From IMG/VR virus record IMGVR_UViG_3300029305_011567: a stretch of DNA of 64,000 nucleotides; one strand, 5' to 3'. The notes below the pieces were generated by a model, which saw only the letters and a list, made by a program, of their open reading frames with translations, made no database searches and was not told where the DNA came from. Shown here in pieces: positions 44,646 through 53,366 of this stretch; the first letter of the stretch is position 1, and every line of letters begins with the position of its first letter. Made by a program: the position numbers and the translations under genes. The DNA is from an uncultured virus (IMG/VR IMGVR_UViG_3300029305_011567) (taxonomy: Duplodnaviria > Heunggongvirae > Uroviricota > Caudoviricetes).

Positions 44646-47600
44646 GTGAAAAGCACAAATTTAAGAGTTGGCGATTATTCATTATTTGCCGACTATGTGA
44701 TTGCCTGCGATAGCATTTGCTTGATCGCGGGCTTTTTTGATTCTACAAGAACCAAAACAAAAGCTGTGGGCTGTCACTTCGGTTCTTCTGCTGTGTTTGA
44801 TGCGACTAGATGGGACCATCCATACAGTGAAGAAAAGGGTGTAAGTCGTCCCGTGTGGAACGGTAATTACCGTTTTTATGCAAAGGAACACTCCTATAAG
44901 GTGGTTTATAAGCCGATTATGCTTGGCAGAAGTCGTTTCTTTTACGGTCTGGCAGTGAATAATGACCTTGGCAAAGATTACATGATCACGACTAAGGAAT
45001 CCTTGTACGAAGATTTTTATAATCTGTGCATGAATAATTATAAGCTGCCGTTGTTAAAAGAGTGGATGGAACCAATTTTCGATACTGCGATTAAGCGTCG
45101 TATGGTGAATACCAGTAGCAAGTCTACTAGCTTCTCAAATGATATGGACAAGCGCATTGTGCTTCATGGAAAGGAAGTATCGTTGTCGGAGATATTGGTC
45201 TATTCCAATTCATTGACGAATGAAACTCTTACGGAAATCGTTAGGGAGTTGCTTTCATCCGGTGTTATCTGTATCAGTAAGAACAAGCAGGAGCGGTTGG
45301 AGTTCAAAAACTTTGATGATTACATTACTAAGTATGGTAGTGCCATCGTTAAGAAGTTGGATGAATATATCGTACCGCTTGTACCGCTTACAGGAGAATG
45401 CGAAGGTGTTGCACTGAAGCATAAACGATTATATCCTCAGCAGGCTGCGTGTGTAAACGGAATTGAAGCATTGATTCGTTCCGGAGAAAACTATGGCTTT
45501 TTAAATGAGGGTATGGGTGTTGGTAAGACGATCCAGGCCGCATCTATTATCGAGCAGTATTTTAATCGGAAGTTCATGCGTACGCATAAGGGGGCTACTT
45601 TAAAGGATGTATTTGAATCCGGCGAGGTAGCGTACCGTAATGTTATTATGGCACCCGGACACTTGGTTGATAAATGGGCAGAGGAAATCCATAAGGAAAT
45701 CCCTTACGCCAAAGCGATAGTTATTCGCGATTTATCACAGTTAATTGAACTCCGGGAACATGGTAAAAAGCGTGACGCAAAGGAGTTTTACATTATCTCT
45801 AAGGACTTTGCAAAACTTGGTACCACCAGTTCTCCGATACCGACAAAGGTAAAGTATATGCATCCGCGCCTGAATATCTGTAAGGATTGCAGAGATACAC
45901 TTGGACAGCATATTTATCAGGTGGGAATCGGTGCCGATGCGCATTGCCCTAGTTGTAATGGTAAAAACTTTGTTTCGCATCCCATTATCAGTCATGGCAA
46001 AGAGTATGGCATGATATGTCCGCATTGTGACAACCTGCTTATCCGTTACAGTAAAAAGGTAGAACGCGGGGTCTTGAGTAATGGTGATGATGAGAAAGAG
46101 AATGTATCGCCGGTGTTGAAACCCGATGATTTTGCAAAGCACAATAAGCAGAATGCGATTTGTTATAACTGTGGCGGTCAGCTGTGGGGTACTGATAGTA
46201 GACCTGTTGACTGTGGCGGGCATTTTACAAAGCTGGCAAGACGTGAACCGAAGTGGTACAAAATCAGCCACTTTAAAAACTTCCGTGAAAAAGACACACA
46301 GACAGCGTTTGTATTGAAGAAGTATGAGTATGAGTACATCTCAAACAGTATGGCAAGTCAGGGATATAAAGTATGTGCCAGAGAATATGGCCCGCGTAAG
46401 GTCGCTCCGGCTGCGTATATCAAGAAGTATCTGAAAGGATATTTCGATTTCTGTATTCTGGATGAATGCCATAAGTATGAAAGTGGTGAATCCGCGCAGA
46501 CCAATGCAGCGTATTCCCTTGTGAAAGCAAGTAAGTTTACACTCGGTCTTACCGGTACCATCAGTAACGGTACAGCGGCATCGTTTTTCTTTCTGTTGTT
46601 TATGCTTGACAGTGAACGTATGGTTAAGAAAGGCTATACATGTAGCTCTGGCGAACTTATGCGTTTCTGTGAAAAGTATGGATGTGTCGAAACAGTGTAC
46701 GAGTACAATGGTAAGGCGGACTTGGAGTACAAGGAAACTTCGCGTGGACGTGTCATTAAGCAACCCCACGTAAAACCTGGTATTTCTCCTCTTCTTTATG
46801 CAGAGTTTTTGATGGACCATGCCGTTATGCTGGACATTACCGATTTGTCGAAGTATCTGCCAAAGCTGTATGAAAAGATTGAGATTTGTCCGATGCCAAA
46901 CGAGGTATCAATGGAATATCATAAGTGCATTGATGTACTGAAAGATATTTCCCGCGATGGATATGGACAGAAACTTATGAGTACGATTTTACAGTTTGGT
47001 TTGTCCTATCAGGATAAACCTTATGGCAGAAGTGAAATTAAGTCTCCTATTGTTAAGGGCGAGATTTTGTATCGTCCGAAGAACTTTGAGGAGTATGAAA
47101 ACGGTAAACTGCTCCCCAAAGAAGAACGGCTGATTGAAATTGTGAACAGTGAAATTGCCGAGGGTAGAAACTGCTTTGTATATGCTGCATATACGGGTGA
47201 GCCGGAAACGAACGTTACCGAGCGGTTAAAGATGCTGATTGAAAAGCACTGTAACTTAAAAAACCGTGTGCAGATTTTAAAGGCAAGTTCCCCGAAGGCA
47301 GCAAAGCGTGAGTTATGGATTAAGAAGAAAGCAAATGAAGGAATTAAGGTATTCATTACCAATCCGAAGTGCGTGGAAACGGGCTTGGATTTCTGTTTTG
47401 AATACGGAATGAAGAAATTCAATTATCCGACGATTGTTTTCTATCAGGTAACTTACGAACTGGCAACATTGTGGCAGGCTTCAAGACGGCATTATCGTCT
47501 GAACCAGACGGAAGAATGTCGTACCTACTGGTTGGCATGTGAGGGAACTCTCCAGACAGCGGCGCTTGAAATCATGGCTGAAAAGCAGGTGGCAACCGCA

Positions 47601-48122
47601 GCCATTCAGGGTAAATTCTCCGCGGAGGGTCTATCTTCTATGGCAAAGGGTGTTGATCCGAGAGTGAAACTTGCACAGGCATTATCCAATAATGACATGT
47701 CGAGTGGTGAAAAGCTACTGGATATGTTTGACGCTCTGAACAAGACCAATAACGAATCAGAGGATGATGGAGTGGAATATGTTCCGCCTAAGACATTCTA
47801 TGAGGTTATGGGTATTTCTGAGCAGGATGGCATCGGTGTGGATGAACAGTTGAGCTTCTTTACAATGGCACAGACGGTTGTTACTTCTACGGATGATGAA
47901 GAAACGCCGAAAGTAGCAGTAAAGACGAAGACCACAAGCACTGTGAAGAAAACGAAGTCAAATCGCACGGATTCGATGAGCTTGATGGATATGTTTGCAG
48001 ATGTATTTTCAGAGGAGAATACAATCGTATTCAATGAAGAAATGGTCTGCGTAACACATAAGAAAAAAGCGGCAAAGCCGATGGACGGACAGTGTTCGTT
48101 CATGGATTTGTTGGCAATGTAA
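44646..48122 (+). CDS. SF2 (SNF2/DEAD-like) helicase with Zn-ribbon inserts
   Basis: MGVGKT, DECH, LTGT, ETGLD, QASRRHYRLNQ motifs; four CxxC pairs. Confidence 0.9.
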   Translation: MKSTNLRVGDYSLFADYVIACDSICLIAGFFDSTRTKTKAVGCHFGSSAVFDATRWDHPYSEEKGVSRPVWNGNYRFYAKEHSYKVVYKPIMLGRSRFFYGLAVNNDLGKDYMITTKESLYEDFYNLCMNNYKLPLLKEWMEPIFDTAIKRRMVNTSSKSTSFSNDMDKRIVLHGKEVSLSEILVYSNSLTNETLTEIVRELLSSGVICISKNKQERLEFKNFDDYITKYGSAIVKKLDEYIVPLVPLTGECEGVALKHKRLYPQQAACVNGIEALIRSGENYGFLNEGMGVGKTIQAASIIEQYFNRKFMRTHKGATLKDVFESGEVAYRNVIMAPGHLVDKWAEEIHKEIPYAKAIVIRDLSQLIELREHGKKRDAKEFYIISKDFAKLGTTSSPIPTKVKYMHPRLNICKDCRDTLGQHIYQVGIGADAHCPSCNGKNFVSHPIISHGKEYGMICPHCDNLLIRYSKKVERGVLSNGDDEKENVSPVLKPDDFAKHNKQNAICYNCGGQLWGTDSRPVDCGGHFTKLARREPKWYKISHFKNFREKDTQTAFVLKKYEYEYISNSMASQGYKVCAREYGPRKVAPAAYIKKYLKGYFDFCILDECHKYESGESAQTNAAYSLVKASKFTLGLTGTISNGTAASFFFLLFMLDSERMVKKGYTCSSGELMRFCEKYGCVETVYEYNGKADLEYKETSRGRVIKQPHVKPGISPLLYAEFLMDHAVMLDITDLSKYLPKLYEKIEICPMPNEVSMEYHKCIDVLKDISRDGYGQKLMSTILQFGLSYQDKPYGRSEIKSPIVKGEILYRPKNFEEYENGKLLPKEERLIEIVNSEIAEGRNCFVYAAYTGEPETNVTERLKMLIEKHCNLKNRVQILKASSPKAAKRELWIKKKANEGIKVFITNPKCVETGLDFCFEYGMKKFNYPTIVFYQVTYELATLWQASRRHYRLNQTEECRTYWLACEGTLQTAALEIMAEKQVATAAIQGKFSAEGLSSMAKGVDPRVKLAQALSNNDMSSGEKLLDMFDALNKTNNESEDDGVEYVPPKTFYEVMGISEQDGIGVDEQLSFFTMAQTVVTSTDDEETPKVAVKTKTTSTVKKTKSNRTDSMSLMDMFADVFSEENTIVFNEEMVCVTHKKKAAKPMDGQCSFMDLLAM

Positions 48123-48168
48123 CTTTGTAGTAATCAAAATTAAATTATATGAAAAGGAGGTACTTGTT

Positions 48169-49431
48169 ATGAGTACAATTACAGTAAAACATGATTCTAT
48201 GGTATCAGTAATCGCGGCTATCAGACCGCTTGTGAAAAAAGGTGTTAAAGCTACTTTCGCGTTGGGATGTGCCCTCGCAGGTGAAAATGTAACCTGTACA
48301 GCACGTATCATTTCAGATAATGGGACGGAACAGATTGACAAGGGCTTTTATGCAGTAAAGCCCGCAGACTATAAGCAGGGCGAACTGTATATGCGTGTCA
48401 ATGTTCCGGCAGACACATTTTTAAACGTAGCTGATAAGCTTCTTGCATTTGAAGATGGTATTACCTTTTGCCAGAATGAAACAGGACTTACCTTAGCTGT
48501 AAAGGGTGTTTCGGAAGTGGCTGTGCCGTTAGTTCCGGATGATGAATTGTCGCCGGTAATAGCGATGGAAGAGTCAAGCGTTTTGTTTTCATTTTCTGGG
48601 GATGCAGTAAAGGTTGCAGCTGCTATTAAGAAAGGTTCATGTTTGAGCGAGGATTGCGCTGACCATGTAGTTAATACCGTACCATTTTTGTTTAGCGGAA
48701 ATGACTTAGACAAGCTTACGGTGCTTTCAACATACAGTGGTACAAGTGCAATTGCATCTTCTTCTGTTGAGATTTCATCAAAAAGATTTAAAACAGAACA
48801 GGCTGATGCGCAGGTAGACTGCTTGAATGCATTTATGAAAGAAAAGGGTATGAGCAAAGCTATGTTTCCAATTCCTGTGGCGACCATATCTACGATTATT
48901 AGCGTGATTCGTGGTACATCGAAGTTTGAGATGTTTGTTGGGAAAAAGCATATCAAGGTAAAAACTCCGGGTATCGTCTATACCTTTACTATGGGTATAA
49001 GTTGTCTTGTAGGTATGCTTACGGTTCTTCAGCAGTTTGAAGCTGTTTCACCAGAAAATACAATTACGGTAGACAATGACGGTGTATTACGTGCAATCGG
49101 AGTTTGTATGTTAGCTGAAATTGAAAGAGCAAATGTAACCTTGCAGTGTAGCGAAAAGAAAGTCTTATTTGAGAATGAAAAGACGAGAACTACTGTTCCT
49201 GCAACAGAAAGTAAAGGTTTTGACCGCGGAGTGCGGATAAATCTTACAATTTTGAAGAAAGTGGCAAGTGTATATCCGAAAGGAAATTTGACATTTTCTC
49301 AGATTGCAAATGAGAACTCATATATTACAGCAGTACGTTCAGATGATGCATCAGATTGTGCATATATCCTTCCAATCAATGTGAAAGATGAAAAAGCTGA
49401 GACGACTGATAATGAAACCGTAGAAGAATAA
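48169..49431 (+). CDS. Putative divergent sliding-clamp (DnaN-like) protein
   Basis: Three-fold beta/alpha repeat pattern; C-terminal IN..ILK.V ... AYILPI resembles clamp domain III. Confidence 0.55.
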   Translation: MSTITVKHDSMVSVIAAIRPLVKKGVKATFALGCALAGENVTCTARIISDNGTEQIDKGFYAVKPADYKQGELYMRVNVPADTFLNVADKLLAFEDGITFCQNETGLTLAVKGVSEVAVPLVPDDELSPVIAMEESSVLFSFSGDAVKVAAAIKKGSCLSEDCADHVVNTVPFLFSGNDLDKLTVLSTYSGTSAIASSSVEISSKRFKTEQADAQVDCLNAFMKEKGMSKAMFPIPVATISTIISVIRGTSKFEMFVGKKHIKVKTPGIVYTFTMGISCLVGMLTVLQQFEAVSPENTITVDNDGVLRAIGVCMLAEIERANVTLQCSEKKVLFENEKTRTTVPATESKGFDRGVRINLTILKKVASVYPKGNLTFSQIANENSYITAVRSDDASDCAYILPINVKDEKAETTDNETVEE

Positions 49432-49448
49432 CAGGAGGTTTGTAAACG

Positions 49449-49483
49449 GAGAGTCCATTCACTCAAGTAAATGGACTCTTTTG
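49449..49483 (+). terminator. Probable terminator
   Basis: AGAGTCCATT...AATGGACTCT + T run. Confidence 0.7.
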
Positions 49484-49533
49484 TTTATTTAAGGAAATCC
49501 GAGGACTATATTTTATAAAAGGAGTGATGGCCG

Positions 49534-49677
49534 ATGGAAGATATCGAAAGAGAAATAGTAGAAGCCAATATGATGATAGACCATTTTATTGTGTTGGGTA
49601 ATAAGGTAGAGATTAGGTACTGGCGAGGGGTACTTCAAAACCTTAAAATTATGAAAAGGAGAATGAAAAACTCATAA
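49534..49677 (+). CDS. Small hypothetical protein (47 aa)
   Basis: AAGGAGTG upstream; open frame MEDIERE...MKNS*. Confidence 0.45.
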   Translation: MEDIEREIVEANMMIDHFIVLGNKVEIRYWRGVLQNLKIMKRRMKNS

Positions 49678-49784
49678 ATCTGTTATGATAGCGAGTTGCG
49701 ATTAACTTTAATGCTGAAGCACTTGGGGGATTTAATGTCCTAAACGTAGTCGAGAAGCAAGAGTTACGGGTTTTGTAACTCTCC

Positions 49785-50507
49785 TTGAAGTATATTTGTA
49801 GCTGGTCCGGTGGAAAAGATTCTACCGCGTCCATTATCCTCGCACACGAAAATAATGAACCACTGGATATTATCGTATTTTCAGAAGTGAAGTATGATAA
49901 AAAGATAAGTGGTGAAAACCCGGAGCATATTGATTTCGTGAAAAATAAAGCGAAACCATTATTTGAATCATGGGGATATAAGGTTGTTATTTTGAACTCA
50001 GAAAAAACTTACATGGACATATTTAACCACATCATGGTGCGGCCACGAAAACATATGCATCATAAGGGACAAAAATATGGGTTTGTATTAGCGCACCAAT
50101 GTTCTGCAAAAAGAGATTTGAAGCTGAGACCGTTGGCAGACTTCTATAAAACGCTGAAAGAGTCCTATGAAGAATATGTGGGAATTGCCGTTGATGAACC
50201 AACACGCCTTATGTCTTTGCACAAAGATGCACATAAGGTAAGTTTATTGGAAAAATACAATTACACGACGGATATGGCAAAAGAACTGTGCGCTAAGCAC
50301 GGGCTTCTGAGTCCGGCATATAATTATTCAAAACGCGGTGGCTGCTGGTTTTGTCCTTATGCCAAACTGGAAGAACATCAAATGATTAAGAAGCGATATC
50401 CTAAAACATGGAAACGGTTTGTGAAGCTAGAATCCCAACCTAATGTTGCACATAACCGTTGGAATGTATTTGGAGAAAGGCTAGAGGAGCGCGATAAAAA
50501 ATTGTAA
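49785..50507 (+). CDS. PAPS-reductase-like (PP-loop) protein, copy 2
   Basis: SWSGGKDS PP-loop, C..KRDLK, YVGIA.DE..R, RGGCWFCP; TTG start with no clear RBS. Confidence 0.85.
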   Translation: MKYICSWSGGKDSTASIILAHENNEPLDIIVFSEVKYDKKISGENPEHIDFVKNKAKPLFESWGYKVVILNSEKTYMDIFNHIMVRPRKHMHHKGQKYGFVLAHQCSAKRDLKLRPLADFYKTLKESYEEYVGIAVDEPTRLMSLHKDAHKVSLLEKYNYTTDMAKELCAKHGLLSPAYNYSKRGGCWFCPYAKLEEHQMIKKRYPKTWKRFVKLESQPNVAHNRWNVFGERLEERDKKL

Positions 50508-50584
50508 TATCCGTATATTGTATATAGGTGAGCTTTGATTGAGCTTAGTAGCATTTTGGGTATCACAGATACGGAGGTGGAAAA

Positions 50585-50791
50585 GTGATTACCATTACAC
50601 AGGAAAAATGGGATTCCATTTGTGCTGATTATAAGGGCGAGTGGATGAACTATTACAATGACCATCCGGAATGGATTGGAAGAAAAACGGTTATGAGTAC
50701 ATGTATAACAAATAATCCCAATGAACCATGCACACTGTTGATTGAGGGTGTGCATTTTGAAATTGGAGATAATAATTTGAAGAGGGGGTGA
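50585..50791 (+). CDS. Small hypothetical protein
   Basis: RBS GGAGGTG; LLIEG.HFEI motif. Confidence 0.65.
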   Translation: MITITQEKWDSICADYKGEWMNYYNDHPEWIGRKTVMSTCITNNPNEPCTLLIEGVHFEIGDNNLKRG

Positions 50792-50797
50792 ACTAGA

Positions 50798-51097
50798 ATG
50801 AATAAAGCCATTAAGGTGCAGTCTTATGATGGGGCTGTTACAAAAGCATTCAAAGTCTATGGTGCTGATGGACATAGACAGCGGGAAAGTTTTAATGAGT
50901 CTTACAGATATGACTTTTCCGAGGGAAACAACATTCGCATTATTGAAGTAGAGAATAGCGATAAAACAGGTACGAACGAGTATTCCATAGTGAGAATCAC
51001 TTGTAATACTGCGGAGGACTGTTACAGTGAGATGGACGGCCAGTTATCAGATGGGATTTTTGAAAATTCCAGATATGGCAAAGTTGTTGAAATCTAA
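50798..51097 (+). CDS. Hypothetical protein
   Basis: VYGADGHRQRESF and GQLSDGIFEN conserved-looking motifs. Confidence 0.7.
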   Translation: MNKAIKVQSYDGAVTKAFKVYGADGHRQRESFNESYRYDFSEGNNIRIIEVENSDKTGTNEYSIVRITCNTAEDCYSEMDGQLSDGIFENSRYGKVVEI

Positions 51098-51113
51098 AAT
51101 GGTGGTGAGTTGA

Positions 51114-51281
51114 ATGGACAGGTGGATATTTAGCAGTAAGTTTGTAAATGAACCGACCTTTAAACACAATGGGGAAGAAGTAAAACTCTTGAGTGTAGAT
51201 GGTATTTTCGCAACTGTTGAATTTAATGATGGTACACAGGAAGAAGTGTATGCAGTAGAAGTACAAAGAATGCCTGTGTAG
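51114..51281 (+). CDS. Small hypothetical protein (55 aa)
   Basis: Open frame fills the gap between neighbouring genes; GGTGGTG upstream. Confidence 0.5.
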   Translation: MDRWIFSSKFVNEPTFKHNGEEVKLLSVDGIFATVEFNDGTQEEVYAVEVQRMPV

Positions 51282-51296
51282 CTGTAAGAAGGAGGT

Positions 51297-51683
51297 GTGC
51301 GTATGAACGATTGTTCTATGCTCAAAGTTGTTGGAGCGGTTGATGAAAAAGCAGTGGAATTGGCTTTTCGCATTGGAAACCGCTTCTTATGTATTTCGGA
51401 ATGCGATGATGGCTTTGATTACACAGTCTATGACGAATCTTATTCATTGCTTGATGGCGGGGTAGATGAGTCGGATGGGTGTATTATTGATATTGCCAAA
51501 CAGATTGTTTATTTTGACCTTGTGAAGTGCCACAAGGATGAAAATGGAAATGAATATCGCACTCCATATCAGGGGAATGTCACAATCGACACTCCGATGG
51601 AGCTGGTTGACATTGAAGAAGTGTTATCATTGGTAGAGGATGCTTATATCAATGAGGTGGCAAAATCAAAGTTAACTGCTTAA
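51297..51683 (+). CDS. LPD16-like (polyvalent-protein-associated) domain protein
   Basis: L.I.ECDDGFDYT.YD....LLDGG motif. Confidence 0.65.
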   Translation: MRMNDCSMLKVVGAVDEKAVELAFRIGNRFLCISECDDGFDYTVYDESYSLLDGGVDESDGCIIDIAKQIVYFDLVKCHKDENGNEYRTPYQGNVTIDTPMELVDIEEVLSLVEDAYINEVAKSKLTA

Positions 51684-51731
51684 AAATAGGTCGTAATGTG
51701 GGTAAAACCGCATTACGACCTATTTTTTTTT
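51683..51731 (+). terminator. Intrinsic terminator ending operon C
   Basis: AAATAGGTCGTAATG...CATTACGACCTATTTTTTTTT. Confidence 0.88.
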
Positions 51732-51742
51732 ATTTTTCCCGA

Positions 51743-51782
51743 TTTTTTATGTTGAATGTGAACCTTGAACCGACCAACAATG
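51743..51782 (+). promoter_or_regulatory. 40-bp upstream motif, copy 2 (T4SS operon)
   Basis: Identical to 7072-7111. Confidence 0.75.
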
Positions 51783-51815
51783 GTATTAGAAGGGTTTGTT
51801 TTTGGAGGGTTTTAT

Positions 51816-52121
51816 ATGGGTTATGAACAATTTTATACCCAGTCAAATAGTACGCAGTTTCAGGCAGAACAGCAAATGATGTTGGAGGGTACTGCTTCCT
51901 TCTATCACTTGCTTATGAAAATAGCAACATGGGGAATTATTTTTTGCCTATTACTCATGGCAGGGACGCTTAGTTGGGCAAATAAGGACAGTACAGCACG
52001 TAATGAATGGAAAAAGAGAATCACTCGTATAGTTGTGGTGGCGCTTATTATTTTTGGATTGATTGATATATTCTCACTGATTCAGCTGATCGGTGAGGGT
52101 TTATCCAATAGAAGAATATAA
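51816..52121 (+). CDS. Two-TM pilin (VirB2/TrbC)-like protein 1
   Basis: Two hydrophobic helices separated by a charged linker; first gene of the T4SS cluster. Confidence 0.55.
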   Translation: MGYEQFYTQSNSTQFQAEQQMMLEGTASFYHLLMKIATWGIIFCLLLMAGTLSWANKDSTARNEWKKRITRIVVVALIIFGLIDIFSLIQLIGEGLSNRRI

Positions 52122-52135
52122 GGGAGGAAATAAAA

Positions 52136-52528
52136 ATGTTAAAACTAAGAGCATTACTTGGTTCGGGCGTAGATGATATTATTACAGCTCCGGATGCGGG
52201 TACATCAAGTGCAACAAACTCATTGTCGGTAGAGAATATTACGAATGTGGATTCTGTGAGCGATGGTGGAAAATTAAACCCGTTTTCTAAACTTGTGGAT
52301 GAGTATGGAGGCGGTGCCTATAATATCTTATTTAAGATTATTATATGGGTGGTTATTTTAGCTTTGCTTGTAGCGGCTGGAAAGTTAGCTTTTTCAAGTT
52401 CGGACAACCGTAAGTTTATTAAAAATGATATTGTTGCCAGAATACTTGCAGTTTTGTTGGCGTGTGGAACTTTAGGTGGTGTTGCTTATCTGCAATCCAT
52501 CGGAATTAGCTTGTTTAATTTGATATAA
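52136..52528 (+). CDS. Two-TM pilin-like protein 2
   Basis: Same architecture as its neighbours. Confidence 0.55.
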   Translation: MLKLRALLGSGVDDIITAPDAGTSSATNSLSVENITNVDSVSDGGKLNPFSKLVDEYGGGAYNILFKIIIWVVILALLVAAGKLAFSSSDNRKFIKNDIVARILAVLLACGTLGGVAYLQSIGISLFNLI

Positions 52529-52579
52529 GCATGTAAAGCGGTAGTGGTGTATGCTGCTGCCGCTTTTTGTGGAGGTTTT

Positions 52580-53005
52580 ATGAAATTAACGTTTTCTTCT
52601 ATACAGGAGAATGCAGGGAATAGTGGAAGGTTTGACCTATTTTTTGATACCGACGGCTGGGCGGAGCGATGGTTTGGTGACCCGGAGGAATTTCTGCTTG
52701 GCGATATTAACACGGAACCACTGGATATAATTTACGATTCCTCATTCAATGTTGTTGAAGCCATGTCAGAATATGTGAACACTTATGGAATCATTGCACT
52801 TATCCAACAAATCATTGTATATGGAGCATTGATAAGTGTTCTGATGTCACTCATTGTTTTACTGTTTACGAAAAAGTCAGATATGTTAACGGAAAAGAAG
52901 CAGGATATTGCTCATAAGGTGGGGATTGTGCTTGCCGGTTCTGCTGCTGTGTTTATTTTTAGTGTGGTTAAGAGCTTTTTTGACAATCTTTTCGGAATGA
53001 TTTAG
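52580..53005 (+). CDS. Two-TM pilin-like protein 3
   Basis: Same architecture; RBS GGAGG before ATG 52580. Confidence 0.55.
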   Translation: MKLTFSSIQENAGNSGRFDLFFDTDGWAERWFGDPEEFLLGDINTEPLDIIYDSSFNVVEAMSEYVNTYGIIALIQQIIVYGALISVLMSLIVLLFTKKSDMLTEKKQDIAHKVGIVLAGSAAVFIFSVVKSFFDNLFGMI

Positions 53006-53015
53006 GAGCATTTTT

Positions 53016-53363
53016 ATGAATAGGAAAATAGGTACTTATAATATTCCCAGTGAATTTAAGGATGAAGATAAATGGTTTAAGTGGTTTACAATTACACAGT
53101 TACTTGCACTTGGCGGAAGTGTCTTACTGTGCGTGATTGTGTATAAGGTGCTTGCAGGGATGCACCTGTCCTTTGTTGGCGCGTGTCTTGATATTGTTAT
53201 TTTGGTGGTGGCAGCATTATGTATTTTTGCACCGATACCAAATGATAAATACTTAATGGGCGGAGGTCAGCCGTTTCGCGTGATATTGATACGTATGGTA
53301 CGTAAACGTATACCGAAAAATAAGAATATTTATGTGAAAAACTATGATAAGGAGATGGACTAA
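53016..53363 (+). CDS. PrgI/VirB3-like T4SS membrane protein
   Basis: Y.IP.E...E.K.F..FT..QL start, two TM segments, position upstream of VirB4. Confidence 0.7.
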   Translation: MNRKIGTYNIPSEFKDEDKWFKWFTITQLLALGGSVLLCVIVYKVLAGMHLSFVGACLDIVILVVAALCIFAPIPNDKYLMGGGQPFRVILIRMVRKRIPKNKNIYVKNYDKEMD

Positions 53364-53366
53364 AGA

